A stretch of DNA of 32,000 bases from Candidatus Uzinura diaspidicola str. ASNER (lineage in GTDB: Bacteria > Bacteroidota > Bacteroidia > Flavobacteriales > Blattabacteriaceae): assembly GCA_000331975.1 (NCBI GenBank), contig CP003263.1:60001-92000 (forward strand), read 5' to 3'. How positions within the stretch are numbered: position 1 is the first letter of the stretch; each line of letters opens with the position of its first letter. Under the pieces are notes generated by a model. That model did no database searches and had not been told where the DNA came from. It was given only the letters and a program-made list of their open reading frames with translations. The translations under genes were made by a program, and so were the position numbers. Positions 26,898-32,000 of the stretch are shown one piece after another.

Positions 26898-29617
26898 CTG
26901 CTGACAATAAAATTTACTCCTAAATAAGGAATAAAGATTACTTTAAAAAAGGTATTAATTTTGGAAAATTGGATCATTTTTGGATGATTTAGAACTCTAT
27001 CTATAATTGACTTTTCTTTTACTTCAGAAGAAAAGTGCATTTGAAAAGAAAATTTACCATCAAACATAATGGAAACTTGTATAGTTTTTTCTGAAATGTA
27101 TTTTCCATCATAAATAGGAATAGGATTAAAGCTAACGGAATTTTTATATCCCATGCAATGCCAAAGTTCTTCAGCAATATGTGGGGCAAAAGGTGCAATT
27201 AATATAACAATAGGCTCTAAAATAGATATTTTTCTACATTTGATTGCACTTAACTCATTTATTGTAATCATAAATGCACTTATTGCTGTGTTGAAAGAAA
27301 AAAAATACATATCTTCTCTTATTTTTCTAGTTATAGAATGTAATATTTTATATTCTTTTAATGATGGAGAGAAATCGGAATCTTCTATAACAAAGTTTCC
27401 TTTGTTATGAAACAACATCCATAGTTTATTTATGAAATGATGTACGCCATTGATGCCTTGGTCAATCCAAGGCTTATCTTGTTTAACTGGACCAAGAAAC
27501 ATTTCATATATTCTAAGAGTATCCGCTCCGAATTGAGCGCAGATTTTATCTGGATTAATAACATTAAACTTGGATTTTGACATTTTTTCTACTACTCTTT
27601 GACAGAAAAATTGTCCATTTTCTGTAATTAAATCTGCTTTATAAAATTCTTTACGCCAATTTTTAAATTTTTCTATATCAAGTATGTTATCGTTTTTTAG
27701 TAGATGGATGTCAATGGGTACTTTTTGTACTTTTTGGATATTTTTTATGAGACCAGAAGATAAAAATTGCTGTGTATCATTAATTTTTGAGATAAAAGCA
27801 GAGTTTCCTAGAATCATTCCTTGGGATATGAGTTTTTTGAAAGGTTCATCTGTATTTATCCATTGATGATCTTTAAGAAAGAGATGCCAAAAACGGGCAT
27901 AAATTAAATGTCCTGTTGCATGTTCTGACCCACCAATATACAAATCAACATTTGTCCAATAAGCTTCAGCTTCAGCTTCAAGAAAAGATTCGTTAATTTT
28001 TTGCTTCATATATCTAAGCATATACCAGCTTGAACCTGCCCAAGCGGGCATTGTGCTTGTTTCAATAAGGTATCTATTTTTTTTATTTATTAGATTGTTA
28101 GATACAACTTCTTTTTTTATTTCATCCCAAGACCAATGCTTAGCTTTTTTTAAAGGTGTGGATCCTATCTTCGTAGGAAAATATCTGTCTATTTCAGGTA
28201 ATAATAAAGGCAATTTATTTTCAGTTATTCCATTTTTTTTTAAATAGATAGGGATTGGCTCTCCCCAATATCGTTGTCTTGAGAAAACTACATCACGCAA
28301 ACGATAGTTTATCATCCCATATCCTACACCTTTTTCTATTATTTTTTTTATAGAACTCTTAATATAATGTGGAAGAATACATTTTCCCTCCGAATTTAGT
28401 ACAACCAAAACTGCTCCTGTGCCATAACTTGACAATACAGAATCACTCAAATATATAGGAATCTCTTTTTTTGAGAAAGGGTTTCTTGCATAAAGACCTA
28501 TAAATATTCCAGAAAAAATATGGGATTTAGATCTTCTAAGACGTTCATTTCTGTTTTTAATTTTCTGCATATATTCTTCCACTTCTTTTTTATATCTATC
28601 TGTAACTATAAATTTTATTACAGGACTAGCAGTAGCTAATACTATAAAACTAACTTCAAATATTGTATATGGTTGTTTAGTAAAGACTTCTAAACAGAAA
28701 GAATGAGTAATAATAGAGAAAAATAGTTTTGCTCCATAGGATTTTCCTATCCAATGATGCTGAATTTCTTTCAGTGCATTTGGCCATTCTATTTTATTTA
28801 AACCAGACAATAGTCTTTCAGTAAATGCGCTAATACGCATATTCCATTGGATCATTTTTTTCTGATAGACTAGATATCCTCCTCGTTCACTTCTTCCATC
28901 TTTTACCTCATCATTAGCTAATACTGTTCCTAAGTCTTTACACCAGTTTACAAAAGCTATTGAACGATAAGCAAGACGAAAATTTTGTAATATTTCTTCT
29001 TTTTTATTAATAGAGAATCTTTTCCATGCTTTATTGGAAAATTTTTTTATTTTACTTACAGTAAAAGCTTTTACTTTCCAATTGCCTTCTCTTTCAAAGA
29101 TTTTTGTTAATTCAACTATATAACGACTTTTTTTAAGTTTTTTGTCATACCAAGAATTTAAAAATTGTAAAAAAATCCATTGCGTCCATCGATAATAATA
29201 TGAATCACTTGTTCTTATTTCTCTTGTCCAATCTAAAGAGAAACCTAATTCTTCAAGTTGTTTTTTATATCTTTTTATATTAGTTTCAGTGGTTATGATA
29301 GGATGCTTTCCTGTTTGAATGGCAAATTGTTCGGTTGGAAGTCCAAAAGAATCAAATCCTATTGGATGTAGTACGTTATATCCTTCTGATCGTTTAAATC
29401 TAGCATAAATATCGGATACTATATATCCTAGTGTATGTCCTACGTGAAGGCCTGACCCAGAGGGATAAGGGAACATATCAAGGACATAACACTTTTCCTT
29501 GATGTAAATATTATTTGCTTCATATATTTTTGATATTCTCCAGTAATCTTGCCAAATTTGTTCTATTTTTTTAAAAGTATATGTCATAGAAATATCTAAA
29601 ATACTATTTCTCTCCAT
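26894..29617 (-). CDS. leuS: Leucyl-tRNA synthetase
   Basis: 907-aa ORF. HIGH motif SGLHVGHTLGY, KMSKS motif VEKMSKSKFNV, and the class Ia block DSFGLPTEQ. Confidence 0.96.
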   Translation of the reverse strand: MERNSILDISMTYTFKKIEQIWQDYWRISKIYEANNIYIKEKCYVLDMFPYPSGSGLHVGHTLGYIVSDIYARFKRSEGYNVLHPIGFDSFGLPTEQFAIQTGKHPIITTETNIKRYKKQLEELGFSLDWTREIRTSDSYYYRWTQWIFLQFLNSWYDKKLKKSRYIVELTKIFEREGNWKVKAFTVSKIKKFSNKAWKRFSINKKEEILQNFRLAYRSIAFVNWCKDLGTVLANDEVKDGRSERGGYLVYQKKMIQWNMRISAFTERLLSGLNKIEWPNALKEIQHHWIGKSYGAKLFFSIITHSFCLEVFTKQPYTIFEVSFIVLATASPVIKFIVTDRYKKEVEEYMQKIKNRNERLRRSKSHIFSGIFIGLYARNPFSKKEIPIYLSDSVLSSYGTGAVLVVLNSEGKCILPHYIKSSIKKIIEKGVGYGMINYRLRDVVFSRQRYWGEPIPIYLKKNGITENKLPLLLPEIDRYFPTKIGSTPLKKAKHWSWDEIKKEVVSNNLINKKNRYLIETSTMPAWAGSSWYMLRYMKQKINESFLEAEAEAYWTNVDLYIGGSEHATGHLIYARFWHLFLKDHQWINTDEPFKKLISQGMILGNSAFISKINDTQQFLSSGLIKNIQKVQKVPIDIHLLKNDNILDIEKFKNWRKEFYKADLITENGQFFCQRVVEKMSKSKFNVINPDKICAQFGADTLRIYEMFLGPVKQDKPWIDQGINGVHHFINKLWMLFHNKGNFVIEDSDFSPSLKEYKILHSITRKIREDMYFFSFNTAISAFMITINELSAIKCRKISILEPIVILIAPFAPHIAEELWHCMGYKNSVSFNPIPIYDGKYISEKTIQVSIMFDGKFSFQMHFSSEVKEKSIIDRVLNHPKMIQFSKINTFFKVIFIPYLGVNFIVSR

Positions 29618-29840
29618 TTTTTTTATTTTCAGTAATTCTTTCTACTAATATCAAAAACACATTAAGTTAAATATGTATTATTTAGTTTTCTTATCCACAA
29701 GATTTTTTGCATGTGTAAAAGTAAGTCTTAGCTTTTTTTGTAATAGATACTACCAACCTAGAAAAAAAAAGACCAAAGGATCATAACTCTCTTAATAAAC
29801 ATTATCTTAGCTATACTGCTAAACTCTAAGTTTCATTATC

Positions 29841-30776
29841 GTGAATAATAAGCACTATTCTTTTATAGTAGACAAAAATCAAAAACCTTTACGCATTGAT
29901 AAATTTTTACTGAATAGTATATCTAATACAACACGTAACAAAATAAAAAATACTTTTTATACAGAAAAAATTTTTGTGAACAATTTTTTAGTTAAGAAAA
30001 ATTATCGTGTAAAACCTTTAGATGTAATCAGTGTAATGATGGACTCTCCTAAAGAAATTCTTCTTGAAGACATTTCTTTAAATATTATATATGAAGATGA
30101 TGTTTTAGTGGTAATTAACAAGCCCAGTGGGCTTGCTGTCCATCCTGGATACGGAAATTATAAAGCAACATTATTGCATGCAATTAAATATTATTTAAAT
30201 AAAATCGGGATTGTTAAAATTCCTGAACGGATTGGACTTGTGCATCGGTTGGATAAGGAAACAAGTGGATTGCTTCTTATTGCTAAAAATGATTTTTCTC
30301 TACAACATTTAACTTATCAATTTTTTACACGAAGTGTATATAGGCGTTATTTAGCTCTTGTTTGGGGGAATTTGGAAGGATATGGAACTATTAAAGGTAA
30401 TATTGGGAGAAGTTTAATAGATAGAAAACGTATGGAAATTTTTTCTGATGCAACTTCTGGAAAGCATTCAGTCACTCATTATAAAGTTTTAGAAAAACTT
30501 AATATAGTTACTCTGGTATCTTGTCGTATAGACACAGGAAGAACTCATCAAATAAGAACACATTTTACTAATTTAGGAAATCCAATTTTTAATGATCCAA
30601 TGTATGGAGGAAGGAATAAAAATTGTTTATCTATTTTGCAGGGACAGTTTTTACACGCTCAATCTTTCATTTTTATTCACCCTATCACTGGAAAACCGAT
30701 GCATTTTGAGGTTCCTTTATCTAAAGATATGTATGAAGTATTAGAAATATTGCGTAATTCTATTATACAAAGATAA
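29841..30776 (+). CDS. rluD: 23S rRNA pseudouridine synthase, RluA/RluD family
   Basis: 311-aa ORF with a GTG start. S4-like N-terminus (LRIDKFL...NTTRNKIKN). Catalytic motif HRLDKETSGLLLIAKN, and TGRTHQIRTH. Confidence 0.85.
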   Translation: MNNKHYSFIVDKNQKPLRIDKFLLNSISNTTRNKIKNTFYTEKIFVNNFLVKKNYRVKPLDVISVMMDSPKEILLEDISLNIIYEDDVLVVINKPSGLAVHPGYGNYKATLLHAIKYYLNKIGIVKIPERIGLVHRLDKETSGLLLIAKNDFSLQHLTYQFFTRSVYRRYLALVWGNLEGYGTIKGNIGRSLIDRKRMEIFSDATSGKHSVTHYKVLEKLNIVTLVSCRIDTGRTHQIRTHFTNLGNPIFNDPMYGGRNKNCLSILQGQFLHAQSFIFIHPITGKPMHFEVPLSKDMYEVLEILRNSIIQR

Positions 30777-30889
30777 AGATAAATGATAGATGATAAAAAA
30801 ATATTGTATCTTTGTGGATCATCTTTTAAAAATAAAGGAGTACAGAAAGGTTGAAAAATAGAATAAAAATGCCTCTAATAATAGAAAAA

Positions 30890-30962
30890 GGCTTCTTAAT
30901 TTAATAGGACAGAATGTGGGAATCCGGGTTCCAAAGTGGAGGTTCGATCCCTTCAGGAGTCA
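30890..30962 (+). tRNA. tRNA-Arg (anticodon CCG)
   Basis: 73 nt. Acceptor GGCTTCT/AGGAGTC has two G-U pairs. U8. D arm is ATTT-AATAGGACA-GAAT with G18, G19 and A20. Anticodon arm is TGGGA-ATCCGGG-TTCCA. There is a 4-nt variable loop. T arm is GGAGG-TTCGATC-CCTTC. Discriminator is A. The A32 and G38 loop positions are slightly atypical. Confidence 0.7.
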
Positions 30963-30974
30963 CAAGAAGCTAAA

Positions 30975-31047
30975 GGGACTTTAGCTCAGTTGGTAGAGCA
31001 GTGGATTGAAAATCCATGTGTCCCCAGTTCAATTCTGGGAAGTCCCA
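30975..31047 (+). tRNA. tRNA-Phe (anticodon GAA)
   Basis: GGGACTT-TA-GCTC-AGTTGGTA-GAGC-A-GTGGA-TTGAAAA-TCCAT-GTGTC-CCCAG-TTCAATT-CTGGG-AAGTCCC-A. This is a canonical cloverleaf. Confidence 0.92.
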
Positions 31048-31048
31048 C

Positions 31049-31744
31049 ATGCGACTTAATCGTTATTTATCTAACTCTGGTGTCTCTTCAAGAAGGAAGG
31101 CAAATTCTTTGATACAAGAAGGTCTTGTAAAAGTTAATGACAATATAATTACAGATATTGGATATAGAGTACTTTCTATAGATTCTGTAAAATTGTATGA
31201 ACGGTTTTTATATATAGAAAAAAAAGTTTATATACTTTTAAATAAACCAAAAGGTTTTCTTACTACAACTAATGATGAACTAAACAGAAAAACCGTTATA
31301 AATATAGTTGCTATGCCTTATAGATTATATCCAATAGGACGTCTTGATAGTAAAACTACAGGCGTCCTTTTGCTGACAAATGACGGTGATTTATGTAAAA
31401 AAATAACCCATCCCTCTTATAAAGTAAAGAAGATTTATCATGTTATTCTAAATAGAAAATTTAGAGATTTTAAAAAAATTATAGAAGGGATTTCTTTGGA
31501 TGAAGGAACAGCAAAAATAAGTTCAATTTATTATTTAAAAAATAGGAGAAAAAATGAGCTAAGTTTAGAGCTTTATATAGGATGGAATAGAGTTGTACGA
31601 CGTATTTTTAGAGCTTTGGGTTATGAAGTAATTCAGCTTGATAGAATATCTTTTGCTGGTCTTTCGAAAGAAAATCTAAAAATAGGTAAATGGAGAAAAC
31701 TTTCCGATTCAGAAGTAAACAAGCTGAAAACTAACTTCAAATAA
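31049..31744 (+). CDS. rluB: rRNA pseudouridine synthase, RsuA/RluB/RluE/RluF family
   Basis: S4 domain is MRLNRYLSNSGVSSRRKANSLIQEGLVKVN. Catalytic motif is GRLDSKTTGVLLLTNDG. Start moved from the track's 31016, which lies inside tRNA-Phe, to the ATG at 31049. Confidence 0.85.
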   Translation: MRLNRYLSNSGVSSRRKANSLIQEGLVKVNDNIITDIGYRVLSIDSVKLYERFLYIEKKVYILLNKPKGFLTTTNDELNRKTVINIVAMPYRLYPIGRLDSKTTGVLLLTNDGDLCKKITHPSYKVKKIYHVILNRKFRDFKKIIEGISLDEGTAKISSIYYLKNRRKNELSLELYIGWNRVVRRIFRALGYEVIQLDRISFAGLSKENLKIGKWRKLSDSEVNKLKTNFK

Positions 31745-31766
31745 TAAAAATTATATCTTTATATAT

Positions 31767-32000
31767 ATGTTAAAAAACGAAATTGCTATCATAAATGGTC
31801 CTAATTTAAACCTTATTGGTAAACGTGAACCAACTTTTTACGGAGACTTATCTATGAATAAGTACTTTCTGAAACTTATAGAAAAACCATACTTAAAAAA
31901 TATTACTCTGAGCTACACTCAGAGTAATCATGAAGGGGAAATTATTGAGTCTTTACATGAAAAAGAAGGCTCTGTTTTAGGAATTGTTTTGAATGCTGGT
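31767..32000 (+). CDS. aroQ: 3-dehydroquinate dehydratase, type II (5' part; runs off the window end)
   Basis: From the ATG at 31767 the frame reads MLKNEIAIINGPNLNLIGKREPTFYGD...QSNHEGEIIESLH, the type II DHQase N-terminal signature. Confidence 0.85.
   Translation, partial: MLKNEIAIINGPNLNLIGKREPTFYGDLSMNKYFLKLIEKPYLKNITLSYTQSNHEGEIIESLHEKEGSVLGIVLNAG

Noticed and set aside
18466-28247. Track ORFs 18466-18684, 20273-20482, 20751-20996, 24146-24391, 25254-25460, 27153-27410, 27684-27866 and 28053-28247.
   Set aside because: Each is nested in another frame or strand of a well-supported long gene (aroC, htpG, korB, mnmG, leuS). There is no independent evidence for any of them.
30890-30962. 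I first read this as a tmRNA-like or partial tRNA-like domain, with a T arm and acceptor but a loop-less GGAATCC/GGGTTCC hairpin.
   Set aside because: Re-registering the anticodon stem by one position gives a complete 73-nt cloverleaf with anticodon CCG, so an ordinary tRNA-Arg explains it. The 200-nt spacer is also far too short for a tmRNA.
31016-31048. The track's start (31016) for the rluB-like ORF.
   Set aside because: That ATG lies inside tRNA-Phe (30975-31047). The in-frame ATG at 31049 gives the canonical S4-domain N-terminus MRLNRYL...
1-32000. Alternative genetic code (UGA = Trp), as in some tiny insect symbionts.
   Set aside because: All long housekeeping ORFs are intact under the standard code. 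Trp positions in conserved motifs use TGG. TGA serves as a genuine stop, for example in prs (11281-11283) and the superoxide dismutase gene (7861-7863).
1-32000. A hidden defence, toxin-antitoxin, secretion or mobile-element system.
   Set aside because: Every ORF above noise size has a clear housekeeping identity. The only unexplained DNA (13655-15893, 17136-17735, 21690-21867, 23242-23346) is accounted for by recognisable gene relics, a simple tandem repeat, or a short structured segment. I saw no integrase, transposase or nuclease genes and no repeat-spacer architecture.

Overview
This window is strongly AT-rich and tightly packed. It looks like part of a reduced Bacteroidota (Flavobacteriales-type) obligate insect-endosymbiont genome. 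That is an inference from the protein sequences: a long type-2 IleRS, a short GT5 'glycogen synthase-like' protein, a YbeY HGxLHLxxYxD motif, and a cco locus in flavobacterial gene order. I cannot name the species. Nearly everything is housekeeping: fmt (partial), metE, ileS, pgk, a superoxide dismutase, tsaB, thiL, prs, rplY, tadA, der, maeB, aroC, miaA, htpG, rpsA, korB, ybeY, mnmG, leuS, rluD, an rluB-like gene and aroQ (partial). There are five tRNAs: Ser-UGA, Asn-GUU, Cys-GCA, Arg-CCG and Phe-GAA. I saw no mobile elements, CRISPR array, toxin or defence cassettes, or other accessory content, and I found no convincing new multi-gene system. The notable signal is gene erosion in progress. 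(1) A complete cbb3-type cytochrome oxidase locus (ccoI / ccoNO / ccoP) survives only as about 2.2 kb of frameshifted, deletion-riddled relics between der and maeB. (2) maeB stops exactly at the linker where a MaeB-type PTA-like domain would begin; it is followed by a perfect 12-bp x 8 tandem repeat and about 460 bp that may be the relic of that domain. (3) pgk is still open but about 50 aa short, with several signature residues replaced. (4) An 81-aa ORF upstream of ileS looks like a decayed MsrB. (5) The miaA P-loop lies upstream of any canonical start codon, next to a T6A5 run that overlaps the aroC stop. (6) A roughly 66-nt segment of about 50% G+C, of unknown identity, abuts tRNA-Asn upstream of rpsA. 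All homology statements come from reading translations by eye against remembered family motifs. None has been checked by a search.
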